From NCBI GenBank assembly GCA_016214555.1, contig JACROF010000008.1, positions 1 through 47,140 of the forward strand: 47,140 nt of DNA, in the 5' to 3' direction. The position numbers were made by a program, and so were the translations under genes. This document shows positions 36,366 through 47,040 of this stretch, in pieces. Every line of letters begins with the position of its first letter. Position 1 is the first letter of the stretch. The notes under the pieces were generated by a model. The model did not search any database. It saw nothing but the letters and a program-made list of their open reading frames with translations, and was not told where the DNA came from. This stretch comes from Candidatus Levyibacteriota bacterium. Its GTDB lineage: Bacteria > Patescibacteriota > Microgenomatia > Levybacterales > UBA12049.

Positions 36366-37913
36366 TTGGACAGCGTAATTGCTATAGTCCAGAAAGTAAT
36401 CCCTATGGGGAGACATGGTCCTTATGCGGTTGCAGCATCAAGGCAGATTTCAGGCTCAGTGACATTCTCACTTGAGCCAACGGTTTGGCTTGAAAGTGAG
36501 TGGCAAGAAGAAGGGACAGTTGTTTTTCTCAGTGATCTTCGTTTGAAGCGAGCCGGTTGGCGCGGTAAAAAAGGACGGTTTGTAAGACCGTCTGACGAGC
36601 AATCAGCAAGGAGCACGCAGGTGACAGAAGTTTCTAAATTTCAATTTCTTTACCCAGTGTCACGTCAATTTCCGTTTGATGAAGTTTGCGAACAGATTAT
36701 TCGTGAGCTTGAAAAGCGGAATTGGAAAGTGCCGGGAATTGAAGTTGATTTCCATGAATATGGGAGGGGAGCACAAAGATATAGTGCAGTTTCCCATGTT
36801 ACAGGCATCGATTTCACATTGAGGTTTGGTCGTAAACAAAGGAGGCTTCCGGGTGACTGGAATGATACTGCCGCTGTAACAGGCATCAACATTCCTATGG
36901 AGGAGTTGCATGTCTATGATGACGAATCAGGACCGACGTTCTATCTCTACGTTGGCAACAACTGGGAGGCCGATCGAGAGAGGTTCGTCAATGGTTCAAA
37001 GGTCAACAGTAAGCTCAATGGTGAGCCAAGGACATATCTTCAATACAAAGGCGCTTGTCGCTGCACCCGTGGCTTTGGTGGTTACTCAGATCTTGATCAC
37101 ACCCATCCAGGCAAAAGGCCGCCACTTTTGGTTCATGACAATGACCTAGGAAGGGAATACGAGCCTAGAAAAAGGAGATGGGACTGGAAAAATTGGACAT
37201 GGCATCCGGGAGATCCGAAAGCTCTTTCTACATCTGATGTGATGGAGAAGTTTCGGGCATATCTTGTCGATGTCGTTTTGCCTCACATTTTGTCGTGTCC
37301 TGTTCCTGAGGAGAGGATCGACATTTTTCTGGGACCAGCGATGATCCCATTTCCTCAAAACGTTGGTCCGCTATTTTGCTTTTGTCAGTACAGAGACGCA
37401 GAGCGGATTAAGCAGGGGAAGGAAGATTCCTCTCAGCTTGAGCTGGATGATCGTTATGGAATGCTTGGTTCAGGCTATCGACTTGTCTCTTTGGGAGATG
37501 GCGATGGAAATGTGCCCGCCATTGCATACGATGGATTCCTCTGGTGTGGCATCGGTGAAGTAACACCTGAAACGCCGATTGACTCACTTGAGGTACCTGG
37601 TCATTATCGATGGTCTGATCGTGAGCGATTTGTGGTCAGAGTGAAGCCCAAGACTGCCAACGGCGTCTTTGTGGCTGACCATAGCGTTTATGAAGATCTC
37701 CAAAAAGCAGCTTTTGATGCACTTCCGCAGGGTCGTGATAGGCTCACAGATAGTGAAGCCAGTGTTTTTGTGAGCGCTCGTGGTCGGACGATTGTTCCGA
37801 TTCATGAATACTCCGGAGGCTATCGAAAGCCAGTTGTCCTCATCAACCGTGAACTCGGTTTTGATGAAGTCGAAGTAGTCAGTGGTCCTCACAAGGACTA
37901 TTGGGGCTACTAA
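36366..37913 (+). CDS. Hypothetical protein (~515 aa; TTG start inferred), accessory gene next to tRNA
   Basis: Long ORF; AAAGGA SD; promoter TTGCTT-17-TATAAT at ~36269-36297. Confidence 0.75.
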   Translation: MDSVIAIVQKVIPMGRHGPYAVAASRQISGSVTFSLEPTVWLESEWQEEGTVVFLSDLRLKRAGWRGKKGRFVRPSDEQSARSTQVTEVSKFQFLYPVSRQFPFDEVCEQIIRELEKRNWKVPGIEVDFHEYGRGAQRYSAVSHVTGIDFTLRFGRKQRRLPGDWNDTAAVTGINIPMEELHVYDDESGPTFYLYVGNNWEADRERFVNGSKVNSKLNGEPRTYLQYKGACRCTRGFGGYSDLDHTHPGKRPPLLVHDNDLGREYEPRKRRWDWKNWTWHPGDPKALSTSDVMEKFRAYLVDVVLPHILSCPVPEERIDIFLGPAMIPFPQNVGPLFCFCQYRDAERIKQGKEDSSQLELDDRYGMLGSGYRLVSLGDGDGNVPAIAYDGFLWCGIGEVTPETPIDSLEVPGHYRWSDRERFVVRVKPKTANGVFVADHSVYEDLQKAAFDALPQGRDRLTDSEASVFVSARGRTIVPIHEYSGGYRKPVVLINRELGFDEVEVVSGPHKDYWGY

Positions 37914-37930
37914 TCCTTTCTTTGTTCCTT

Positions 37931-37960
37931 TGCGGTCCCGCCTCAGCGGGACCGCATTTT
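37931..37960 (+). terminator. Intrinsic terminator-like hairpin
   Basis: TGCGGTCCCGC-CTCA-GCGGGACCGCA followed by TTTT. Confidence 0.7.
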
Positions 37961-38109
37961 ACCTCTTTACTTTTACTTTCTTGCCTTTATATGCTATAAT
38001 ACCCATATCCTCAATAGAGGATTGGTATTCTAGGTAACTAAGGTTTCTTCATGAATCCCCAGTTGTCACTTAGGAACCCTGTTATGAAAGTAAAGGAGGT
38101 GAATCCTAA

Positions 38110-38451
38110 GTGAATTTTCAAGATAAAACATTAACATGTCGTGATTGTGGTCAAGAATTTGTTTTTACAGCATCAGAACAAGCGTTCTACGCTGAGAAAC
38201 AGTTTGCGAACGAACCAACCCGATGTCCCGATTGTCGAGCTAAAAGAAAACGAGAGCGAGGCTTTGGTGGAGGCGGTGGTGGTTTCCGCAATGACCGAGA
38301 TCGTGGCCCACGCCAAATGTTCCCTGCAGTTTGTGCAGAATGTGGAAAGGAGACTGAAGTCCCATTCCAGCCAACAGGTGAGAAGCCTGTCTATTGTCGT
38401 GATTGCTTTAATAAGCGAAAAGGTCAATCTCAATCAGAATATACCGCTTGA
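38110..38451 (+). CDS. Zinc-ribbon / CxxC-x17-CxxC domain protein
   Basis: FQDKTLTCRDCG...RCPDCR and CAECGKETEVPFQP...VYCRDCF; AAGGAGGTGA SD. Confidence 0.9.
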   Translation: MNFQDKTLTCRDCGQEFVFTASEQAFYAEKQFANEPTRCPDCRAKRKRERGFGGGGGGFRNDRDRGPRQMFPAVCAECGKETEVPFQPTGEKPVYCRDCFNKRKGQSQSEYTA

Positions 38452-38522
38452 CGGTAAACCAAGCCAGTACTTACTCAGAATGATATCTTTGAAAAGGCTG
38501 GTTTTTTGGTGGGAAAGAGAAC

Positions 38523-40703
38523 TTATAGATTAGGGGTTGGCTCAGGAGTCCCTGTTTCCTTTGGTGTTGGAGTAGGGGTAAGTGATGTCTGTGGTGGGGC
38601 TGGGATCTCAGCCTTCTTTTTTTGCTCAGGAAGCTGAGCTGAAGGCTGATCAACACTTAGCGATGAATCCTCAGATGGATTTTGCGCTTGCTGCTGACTT
38701 GATGCTTGACCGTTTAGTTTTGCCTGGACTGCTTCAATCTCTGCTTTAATTTTGTCTGCATTGCCTTTATCTGCTGCAACAAGCTGGGAGACTATTTGGT
38801 ATGCCTGAAGTGCATTTCTTAGATCTGTCTCTGTGGCTTTATTTTCATAAGCATGTCCGAGATTGTAATAAGCGTTAGCATAGTCATCTTTTAGGTTGGC
38901 TGCTAGCTGAAATTGTCTGATAGCATCATCCCATAATCCTAGCTGGTAATAGATGCCTCCAAGAGAAACATACTGTGTTGGATTGTTAGGATCAAGCGCA
39001 ATTGCTTGCTGATTTGTCAAAACTGCAAATTGCTCAGCGTTTTGTCCAAATCCAATAAGTGATCGATATGTCTGTGAAAGCGTATTCCAGTTAAGCGCAT
39101 TTTGAGGAGAGAGGGTGACGGCGTTTCTGCCATAGCTAATTGACTGTTGGATAAGCGTTACAATTCTCTGTTGAACATCCGCTGAGGGAGAGGAGTTTTG
39201 AGGTTGATTGCTCGCAATGGCATTTGCGATGGTAAGGTTTGTTTGTGAGAAAACTCTATGATAACTATCTCGGTAGGGAAAGAGTTCAATAGCATCAACT
39301 TGAAGATTGTATGTCTGCTGTGCATCATTTCGAGAGGCAGCAACTAATGATCTTTGGAAAGTAAGATCAGAAAGGGTATAGAATATTGTTTGATACCCAA
39401 CAACTCCTACGATTGCTGCGATAAAGAGTACGAAGGCAAATGGGAGAATTTTGCCATATCTTGTATTGACAGGATCGTGCGGCGCTCTTTCTCCTTCTGG
39501 CTGCGCAAGAATAAGGCCATGCTTGAGGGTAACAAGATAGAAGTCAAGATCTGCATATCGTGATGGAGCGTGCTGGGAGCGAAGTGCTACAAATATCCCT
39601 AAAATGATAAAAATCATAGCTTGAAGCGTGAACGAGAATGGCAATAGGAGTGTTGCGGTAAATATGACGACAACTGGAAGAAAAAATGTTCTTTCTTTAA
39701 TAACCCGGTAGATTATGAAGAGAAAGCTTCCAAGGCCTAGGACACCAGTTGTTGCAAGAAGTTCAAGAAAAAGACTACTTGAGCGGAAAAAGGTGAAGGA
39801 CCAGAGTGTTGGATTGGTATTGTAGATAGCTTGCTTGAATCGAGTGAAATCAGTAACGTAAGTTCCATAGCCGCTTCCAAAAGCAAAACCCTGGAGGATT
39901 CTCCCTGAATCCTGTGAGATTGCTGCAAGTCCAGTCTGGAAACCTGTCACAAGAGGAAGAATAAGAGGTTTTTGTGAGGTGGTGAGCGTAAAGATAGTCA
40001 ATCCAAGTCCAATAAGGAGGATTGCAAAAGTAACGGTTGCGGCGATACTAAGGGGAGCATTTAGTCTTTGGTCGTTAAGCCTAAACTCTTCAGAGCTTTT
40101 TGATCTAGCGTTGAGAATAGGGCCAAGAACAGGCCAGGAAATATATCCTGCCAAGGGTAGCGCTACAGCAAGAAATATCGCTTGATCAAGTAGTGAGCCA
40201 AGAGGGGAAAAGCCTTGGATTTGAGTATATGAAAATGGGAGGATATGAATTTTGAAATAAGAAAGAATAAAGATAATTGTTGCAACTGTCGTACCTAAAA
40301 GAAGGCTGGATACAGCAAATAATGTTTGTTTTTCTCCTCTAATTGTATTTGAAAGAACAAAGTAGAAAAGTACGGTAAAGAATAATGGAGCAAAACTAAT
40401 TAAGGAGTCGAACTTGTTGACAGCAAGAATCGCTGACAAGAACGTGGCAGCAAGAAAGAGTAGTACGGGGAGATCAAAGGGAGAGGTTTTTAGTCTGACA
40501 CGTCCCTCAATGACCATTTTTATTCCCAGGATTACTATTAGTAGTATAGTGCTTGTTGCTAGAAGTAGTTGTTTGGGAAGAGTAAAGAGGTCGGTAGTCA
40601 GCGATGTAAATAAAAGCGGATACCCAATAAGCGTTATTCCTATAATAAATAGAGAGAGATTGTCTAAGTATGATAATAACTCTTTTTTTGTATTGGTAGT
40701 CAT
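38523..40703 (-). CDS. Multi-TM membrane protein with C-terminal TPR repeats (O-antigen ligase-like)
   Basis: Many TM segments, then TPR motifs (AIALDPNN...SLGGIYYQLG, ANAYYNLGHAY). Confidence 0.8.
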   Translation of the reverse strand: MTTNTKKELLSYLDNLSLFIIGITLIGYPLLFTSLTTDLFTLPKQLLLATSTILLIVILGIKMVIEGRVRLKTSPFDLPVLLFLAATFLSAILAVNKFDSLISFAPLFFTVLFYFVLSNTIRGEKQTLFAVSSLLLGTTVATIIFILSYFKIHILPFSYTQIQGFSPLGSLLDQAIFLAVALPLAGYISWPVLGPILNARSKSSEEFRLNDQRLNAPLSIAATVTFAILLIGLGLTIFTLTTSQKPLILPLVTGFQTGLAAISQDSGRILQGFAFGSGYGTYVTDFTRFKQAIYNTNPTLWSFTFFRSSSLFLELLATTGVLGLGSFLFIIYRVIKERTFFLPVVVIFTATLLLPFSFTLQAMIFIILGIFVALRSQHAPSRYADLDFYLVTLKHGLILAQPEGERAPHDPVNTRYGKILPFAFVLFIAAIVGVVGYQTIFYTLSDLTFQRSLVAASRNDAQQTYNLQVDAIELFPYRDSYHRVFSQTNLTIANAIASNQPQNSSPSADVQQRIVTLIQQSISYGRNAVTLSPQNALNWNTLSQTYRSLIGFGQNAEQFAVLTNQQAIALDPNNPTQYVSLGGIYYQLGLWDDAIRQFQLAANLKDDYANAYYNLGHAYENKATETDLRNALQAYQIVSQLVAADKGNADKIKAEIEAVQAKLNGQASSQQQAQNPSEDSSLSVDQPSAQLPEQKKKAEIPAPPQTSLTPTPTPKETGTPEPTPNL

Positions 40704-40753
40704 TTTTTCTCCTGTTATTCAACAGTAGCAATGATCTTTCTGTTGTGTCAACA

Positions 40754-41561
40754 GGAGATTTTAGGGGTGAAACCCCTATTTAAAATTAATTATTAATAAT
40801 TAAAAATTACTAATAATTAGATTCAAAATGGAGAGATTTTAGGGGTGAAACCCCTATTTGTCAATTGTTAGATGCTTGATTTCATGTATTTTTTTTGCGT
40901 AGTCTTTCTGATCATGAACAAATTTTTTATAAGCATACACTGAGGGGAAAAAATCAAGAATTGGCTTGGTATGGCAGAGTCTGATGGTGGTTTCTCCAGT
41001 ATATTCGTTATAGCTTGACCAGCGATACTCTGGTTCCTTACTGATTCCTGCTACTACAGGATTTAAATGGATGTATCTGGAGAGATGAGTAAGAATGTTG
41101 TCATTTTTTACTCTTATTGCCTTGAAGGCTCCTTCAAAAAGAGCTCCATCTCTTTTGTATTTTTTATTGAAATATTGAGTATAGGCATTGGAGAGTTGTT
41201 TCATAAAATGAGAAGCACCTTTATCAGACTTTTGTTTGATAAGAAGATGGAAGTGATTGGGCATAAGACAATATGCCAGAAGATCTACATCAGCTGCGCA
41301 ATTCTTTTTAAAGAGTCTTATTGGAAGATCATGATATCGTCGAAGGACTTTTTCAAGAGGGGTGAGGTATATATATAAATAGTATAGAAAAAGATTGTAG
41401 TCCTCCTCATCTGTAAAGATAGTTCTTTTATCAACCCCACGATTAAAAATATGATAAACACCATCCTTTTCAAAATTTCGGAGAAGATACTTTGAGGGCA
41501 TACGGAGAGTATACTAAATAACTTTTAGGGGTGAAACCCCTAAAGGGGAATCACCCCTAAA
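40754..41561 (-). mobile_element. RAYT-like element: tyrosine transposase flanked by REP-like palindromes
   Basis: TAGGGGTGAAACCCCTA at 40754-40781, 40833-40859 and 41523-41544, plus a variant at 41544-41561. Confidence 0.75.
40854..41501 (-). CDS. REP-associated tyrosine transposase (IS200/Y1 HUH family)
   Basis: YHIFNRG, AYCLMPNHFHLL, YIHLNPV, YRWSSY. Confidence 0.92.
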   Translation of the reverse strand: MPSKYLLRNFEKDGVYHIFNRGVDKRTIFTDEEDYNLFLYYLYIYLTPLEKVLRRYHDLPIRLFKKNCAADVDLLAYCLMPNHFHLLIKQKSDKGASHFMKQLSNAYTQYFNKKYKRDGALFEGAFKAIRVKNDNILTHLSRYIHLNPVVAGISKEPEYRWSSYNEYTGETTIRLCHTKPILDFFPSVYAYKKFVHDQKDYAKKIHEIKHLTIDK

Positions 41562-41620
41562 GCTTTATGGTGTGCTAATGCTAAAAGGCTGCACGAGATT
41601 AAAAACCTGACGATTGAAGA

Positions 41621-41706
41621 GTAGTATCTGGTAGTTAGTATTTAGTATATAGGGAGATTTCCCTTTATTTTTGTTAAATACCAAATACTAAGCCCTAAAT
41701 ACTAAA
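41621..41706. repeat. Imperfect inverted array of ~7-bp units
   Basis: gtagtatctggtagttagtatttagtata...taaataccaaatactaagccctaaatactaaa. Confidence 0.7.
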
Positions 41707-44700
41707 TCAAGGAGTGCCGCTATTTGGGCCGAAGCGTACAGCACCACCTTGGTTCATGATCGTCTTCACCTGAGCTGAAGTGAGAGGGTAGTTAAAAATT
41801 TGCATATCATCAATTTGGCCGTTGAAGAAAAATGATGCAGCAGTCCCATTTGTTCCTGCTCCTACAGCGCCGATACGGCCTTGGCCCATCATAACTGTAG
41901 AGCTTGCTGCTTGCGTGATGTCGATTTTGCCATCAACATAGACTGTAATGCCACCACTTGCTCCAACGACTACAGCATGATGCAATGCTCCATCATTGAC
42001 AGTAATTGTTCCGACAGTGCAGCCATTTGTGCAGGTTCTAAATTTGCCGTTCATAATTTGGAGAGGGTGATAGCTGCCTGAAAAAGAGAATATTTTGTCA
42101 TCCCCAGAGCTTGTCGTCTTAAACCAGGTAGACATGGAGAATGAGTTCATTGGTAGAGCAATACTGTCTGCAATAAGGGTAGAGTCGTCAGTATCATCGA
42201 AATTAAGCGAACTATTAAATTTACCGGTTGCTCCGTTTCCCCAGGCAGTACTTGCAGTCTGACACGTGCCAACAGATGTTTGTGTTCCGGATCCTCCAAT
42301 GGTAATTGAGGCTGACATACTACTTCCCATTGACTCATTAAGCGTTGATCCTTGGCACTCATCCATTTTGTACCAATACAAAGGCTTACCACGATTGTAG
42401 TCATACGCGATTTGGGCTGGGGTACGAGTAGTATTAAAAATTCGGACATCATCAACGGAACCATTGAAATACCACTGTCCGTCAGTTCTTCGTCCTATGT
42501 TGATGTTGGTTCCACTATTTGTTTGTATTGCTTGTGCGCCTGAGCCTTCGAGTTTTCCATTTACATAGATACTCGTGGTTGTTCCGTCGTTGGTGAAGGA
42601 AATATGTGACCAGGTATTTAAAGGTATGGTGTTTGTGCTGCAGATGGTAGCATTATTGGTGAAGAGATAGACTTTTCCAACAGTATTCGTACATCCAGAG
42701 TTGTATGTTCCATTAACGCCAAAAGCCCAACCCTGTGAAGCCCCACCTCCTACGCCTTTAGAAATAGGATAGTTTACTGTTTGTGCATTCAGGACTCGGG
42801 GATACACCCATGCAGAAACGGTAATATTTGATGTCATTTGGAGATTGGTCGCATCTGTTACTACAACATAATTAGATGAGCCATTGAATTTTAATGCACT
42901 ACCAATTTTGCCAGGTGTCCATTGGGGACTATTGGTAAGTGTGCCTGAATTGTTATTTCCTGAAGTGTCATTTGCAGTAGAATTTATACGTTCGTCTAGC
43001 TTTAGTTCCAGAACTGGAGCTGAGCAGGTGGAGGTGTCGCCTGGAACACAGTATGTTGCAGACGCAGAATTCGATGCGACTGATCCGCCGGTAAGGCCAG
43101 ATGTATTAGAGCTTGCGCCTAAGACAAGCGACGAGCCTCGATTAAAATCAAGTTTGATTTCCGAATTGGTTAAGACAGCGTTATAAAGCTTCATCTCATC
43201 CAAAAGCCCGCTGTAGAAATTGGACGCTGATGAGTAGCTTCCTAAGAGAAAGCTCGTGCCATATGAGGTGCCAATACCACCTCCTAAGATCGTATTAGTA
43301 GTAATAAGCTGCCCGTCACGATAAAATTTCACCGTGACATCTGCGCCTACTGCTTCCATTGTATAGCCGTAGTAATGCCACTCGTTAGGAATCATAGTGT
43401 TGTTGCTGGAATACGAAGTAACCTGACTGTTGGCGGCGTTTTGATATGAGACAATCATCCTATTGGATGTGGAAAATCCGACGTACCAATTTGCAGAACT
43501 TGCTGATATGACAGCAACTGTTGCCCCAAAGGCCGTGCTGGGATTAGCCCAAAAAGTTGCACTTCGAGTCGCTATCTTATATGCGCTTATATTGCCAAGC
43601 GTAACGTAGTTGTTGCCACCAAATTGGAGTGCTTTGCCAAATTTTCCTTGCTGGCTCCACAATGCTCCCGTTATCGTTCCGTCTACCTTTTGAGGCGATG
43701 AATCATGTGCTACCGTACCATATCCTTCATCTAGTTTCCAATATCCCACTTGCGAGCCGATGGGTGAGCCGCCAAGAGGGTGGCTGGCGTTCATGTCTGA
43801 GACTATTTGCCCTGGAGTTCTGGCATAGTTATAGACCTGAACTTGATCAATGAGTCCATTTGTAAAGGCATTAGCATCATGTGCTGACCCTATTTTAAAA
43901 GAGGAACTATTCGAAATATCGCCTATTGAGGAAATATTCGTGGTGCTTTGTAAGACACCATTGACATAAAAAGATGCTACTGAGGAGCGATCAAAAGTCA
44001 CTGCATAGTGATACCATTTATTCGTTGTTATGTTTGGGGTAAAACTAAAGTCACCAGTAGAGTTTGACCCGTCATCCATAATGAGGCCAAATCGATTGGA
44101 TGTCGTTTGGAGAGTCCATCCTGTCCTTGTGCCTGGGCCACCTGTGGATCTTTTGGAGATTAAGAATAAGTTGCCTGTGATTGTGCGTAGATTAAACCAC
44201 CCTTCAACGGTAAAATTTTGTCTTCCAAAATCTAACATGCCACTAGCTGGATCACCCATACTCACAAAATCATTTGTTCCATTGAAATTTCCTCCCTTGC
44301 CAAATTTGCCTTGGGGCCAGTGCGCGCCTGTGCCACTCCAAGTGCCATTGTTGCCATTTCCGGATCCATCATTGACGTTATTTCCAGATCCCTCATCAAA
44401 ACTATAGGAAGCAATCGGTCCTGGAGCAAAGGCATAAAGCTGGAGTATTTCGTTTGGCGAGAGTTGTCTCTTGTAAAGCCTAACCTCATCCATGTTGCCA
44501 GGATATCTACTTCCCGTATTTCCAGAATTTGATCCAAGATAGAGTGCCGATGAATTATCGGTGAGTGTCCGATTGGTAAATGTCCCAGCAACAGTTGCTC
44601 CATCATAGTAGACGTAGAGAGAGTTACCCTTTTTAGCAAAGACAATATGATGATAGGAGGTTGTATCAGTAAAGGAGGCAGTGCTTGTAAAAATATTGCC

Positions 44701-47040
44701 TGTACCTGGCATATCAAGATAGAGTTGATTGGAAGCATTAAAACCAATAGCATAAGGTCCAGCGCCTTTTTGCATAATATAGTTATTGACGCCTACAACG
44801 CCTCTTTTTGCCCAGAGGGAGATAGTGAAGGTGTCGCCTAGATCCAGAGAAGCAGAGTCAGCAACTGAGATGGCTTCATCATTTCCCGCAAAGTATCCGG
44901 CATTACCAAATTTGGCAGAAGGGGAGGCTTCAGTCCCAAGGACTGATGTGCCATGATTTGCATTTCCAGAACTATCAACTACCTCATTACTCGTTCCGTT
45001 CCAGGAGCTTTCATCCATTTTCCAGTAAGCAGCTAGTCCATTGGAGAGAGCTGAGGTATCAGATCCACCCGTAGATACAGCCACGCCTTTGACCGATCCT
45101 CGTGCATTAACATCTGATTTAATTTGGGCAAGCGAGAGAGCATAAGGATAAATTTTGATCTCATCAATTCGTCCATTTGTATAATTGCCAAGACCTCCCG
45201 TGCAGCCAGAATCAGCGTCTGTCCCAATGAGTAATTGACATCCTGAAAAATTCAAAGCTGCACCATCTGTGATGCTTGTCGGATCTAATACTCCGTTTAT
45301 ATAATATCTAACAGCTGACCCTGATCGAGTCACTGCGATGTGTGTCCATGTGTTGGTCGGAACTGAATTGGTGCTTGCTGTTTCTGTAGTCCCATTTATC
45401 GAGGCTTGTAATTTTCCGGTGTTAACGTAGAGGAAAAATTCATTTGACGTATCACCTTGTGACATAAATATCATCTCATCATTATTAGTCTGCAAATTTA
45501 CCCACGCGCTATAAGTAAAATTCCCGGTTGAAAGTTGGGGAGTACTTACTTGAGCAAAATCATTTGTTCCATCAAACTGTAGACATTTTCTGAAGATACA
45601 CATATTTTCCTGCTGCCATGAAGGGCCATTGTATAATTCTGCAGGGAGAGGTTTTGAGGCTGAACTGCTAGCAACATTACCACTGCCTTCATCTAATTTC
45701 CAGTAGGCAAGAGGCCCAGGGGATTGTTCTTCAGAGGCAAATGAAGTAGTGGGTTGGGAATTCGTTGTGGCAACTGAGGCGATAGTGCCTGGATTTTGAT
45801 AAATTTGCTTGATTTCTGATGAAGAAAGCGCTCTATTATATGCTCGTGCATCATCAATGACACCATTGAAATATTCTCCTGAGCCATAAGATCCAAGTAC
45901 CCAGGCTGCGCTTGGACTTTGGATTGTCGATGTCCCGGCTGCCTCGCTGAGAACTTCGTTGCCATTGACATAGAGAATAATATTTGTCCCATTAAAAACA
46001 GCTACAACATGTTGCCAAACTGATGCAGTAAGAGCGCTTGTGATACTGTGGTACCCATTATTACCTCCATTGGTTGATAGTTGTATGCTAAGGGTGGTTC
46101 CGCTTCGATAGAGTCGATATGACCACGGATTTGAATTGTCAAAAATATTTTGTGTAGCACCCCCGGCTGTTGGCTTGATCCAAGCGCTTAACGTCATACT
46201 TGTTGTAAATTGCGCTGCATTGGTCGAGATAGTAACTTTATCATCGGTTCCATCGAAATTAAGCCCACTTGCATATTGCCCTGATGCGCCATTAGTCCAT
46301 GCTTGTGTTGTCGTAGTTTGAGTACCTGATGCGCCAATACTAATTGTTCCTGTATTTCCTTGAGTTGATGAATCAACAGTTGTCCCGCCAGTCCCATCAT
46401 TGTGAGTCCAGTATCCAACCAAGCCATTGAAAAGATTGAATTTACTTTGATCAGATTTGCTTGTTGCTGATGAATTGCCGTAATACATATAGAGTGAGTA
46501 GCTTGTGGTACCGGCAGGAACCTTGTCAACCAGGATCCACACTTTGGTTGTCGTTGTGTTGCAGCCACTATCGATGTAATAAGGAAGAACTTTACCAGAT
46601 TGACTAAGGAAGCGTAGATCCTGGCAAGACGATCGAAGCTTGTCATTTGCAATAAGCGTTGAAGTGTTAATAGTAAGGAGAGTCTCCAAGTTATTTATGG
46701 AGCTTCCATTTGAGGGGACAGTAACTGTTATCTGTTGGCGATAGAGCCAGTTGGAATCAAACCAGGCTGCTTTGGTCTGATCGGGAACAAGAAGTCCGGT
46801 TACAATCCATATGCCAAATACGAGAATAATTCCAGTGAGGATGGTATTGGCAAAAAGCCTTTGCGTCTTGGAGAGGCGCCGCATAAGTCTTCCAGGAAGA
46901 AGACGGAAAGGGAGGGCAACTAGAGTATATAGTATTTTGTATATGGTATGTAGGGCACGGGAGAGAGTATGTAGTATAAGGTGTATAGTATTTTGGGGGA
47001 GGGAGTGATGTTTGTAATATATTTTTCTCATAATTATCAC
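41707..47040 (-). CDS. Giant surface protein: DUF2341-like domain plus multiple LamG/concanavalin-A domains
   Basis: WFDSNWLYRQQITV...DLRF...YMYYGN, then about 7 repeats of 'YWKLDE...GKFG.AL.F.G...W.H...G.IDEV..YN'. Confidence 0.88.
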   Translation of the reverse strand: MIIMRKIYYKHHSLPQNTIHLILHTLSRALHTIYKILYTLVALPFRLLPGRLMRRLSKTQRLFANTILTGIILVFGIWIVTGLLVPDQTKAAWFDSNWLYRQQITVTVPSNGSSINNLETLLTINTSTLIANDKLRSSCQDLRFLSQSGKVLPYYIDSGCNTTTTKVWILVDKVPAGTTSYSLYMYYGNSSATSKSDQSKFNLFNGLVGYWTHNDGTGGTTVDSSTQGNTGTISIGASGTQTTTTQAWTNGASGQYASGLNFDGTDDKVTISTNAAQFTTSMTLSAWIKPTAGGATQNIFDNSNPWSYRLYRSGTTLSIQLSTNGGNNGYHSITSALTASVWQHVVAVFNGTNIILYVNGNEVLSEAAGTSTIQSPSAAWVLGSYGSGEYFNGVIDDARAYNRALSSSEIKQIYQNPGTIASVATTNSQPTTSFASEEQSPGPLAYWKLDEGSGNVASSSASKPLPAELYNGPSWQQENMCIFRKCLQFDGTNDFAQVSTPQLSTGNFTYSAWVNLQTNNDEMIFMSQGDTSNEFFLYVNTGKLQASINGTTETASTNSVPTNTWTHIAVTRSGSAVRYYINGVLDPTSITDGAALNFSGCQLLIGTDADSGCTGGLGNYTNGRIDEIKIYPYALSLAQIKSDVNARGSVKGVAVSTGGSDTSALSNGLAAYWKMDESSWNGTSNEVVDSSGNANHGTSVLGTEASPSAKFGNAGYFAGNDEAISVADSASLDLGDTFTISLWAKRGVVGVNNYIMQKGAGPYAIGFNASNQLYLDMPGTGNIFTSTASFTDTTSYHHIVFAKKGNSLYVYYDGATVAGTFTNRTLTDNSSALYLGSNSGNTGSRYPGNMDEVRLYKRQLSPNEILQLYAFAPGPIASYSFDEGSGNNVNDGSGNGNNGTWSGTGAHWPQGKFGKGGNFNGTNDFVSMGDPASGMLDFGRQNFTVEGWFNLRTITGNLFLISKRSTGGPGTRTGWTLQTTSNRFGLIMDDGSNSTGDFSFTPNITTNKWYHYAVTFDRSSVASFYVNGVLQSTTNISSIGDISNSSSFKIGSAHDANAFTNGLIDQVQVYNYARTPGQIVSDMNASHPLGGSPIGSQVGYWKLDEGYGTVAHDSSPQKVDGTITGALWSQQGKFGKALQFGGNNYVTLGNISAYKIATRSATFWANPSTAFGATVAVISASSANWYVGFSTSNRMIVSYQNAANSQVTSYSSNNTMIPNEWHYYGYTMEAVGADVTVKFYRDGQLITTNTILGGGIGTSYGTSFLLGSYSSASNFYSGLLDEMKLYNAVLTNSEIKLDFNRGSSLVLGASSNTSGLTGGSVASNSASATYCVPGDTSTCSAPVLELKLDERINSTANDTSGNNNSGTLTNSPQWTPGKIGSALKFNGSSNYVVVTDATNLQMTSNITVSAWVYPRVLNAQTVNYPISKGVGGGASQGWAFGVNGTYNSGCTNTVGKVYLFTNNATICSTNTIPLNTWSHISFTNDGTTTSIYVNGKLEGSGAQAIQTNSGTNINIGRRTDGQWYFNGSVDDVRIFNTTRTPAQIAYDYNRGKPLYWYKMDECQGSTLNESMGSSMSASITIGGSGTQTSVGTCQTASTAWGNGATGKFNSSLNFDDTDDSTLIADSIALPMNSFSMSTWFKTTSSGDDKIFSFSGSYHPLQIMNGKFRTCTNGCTVGTITVNDGALHHAVVVGASGGITVYVDGKIDITQAASSTVMMGQGRIGAVGAGTNGTAASFFFNGQIDDMQIFNYPLTSAQVKTIMNQGGAVRFGPNSGTP

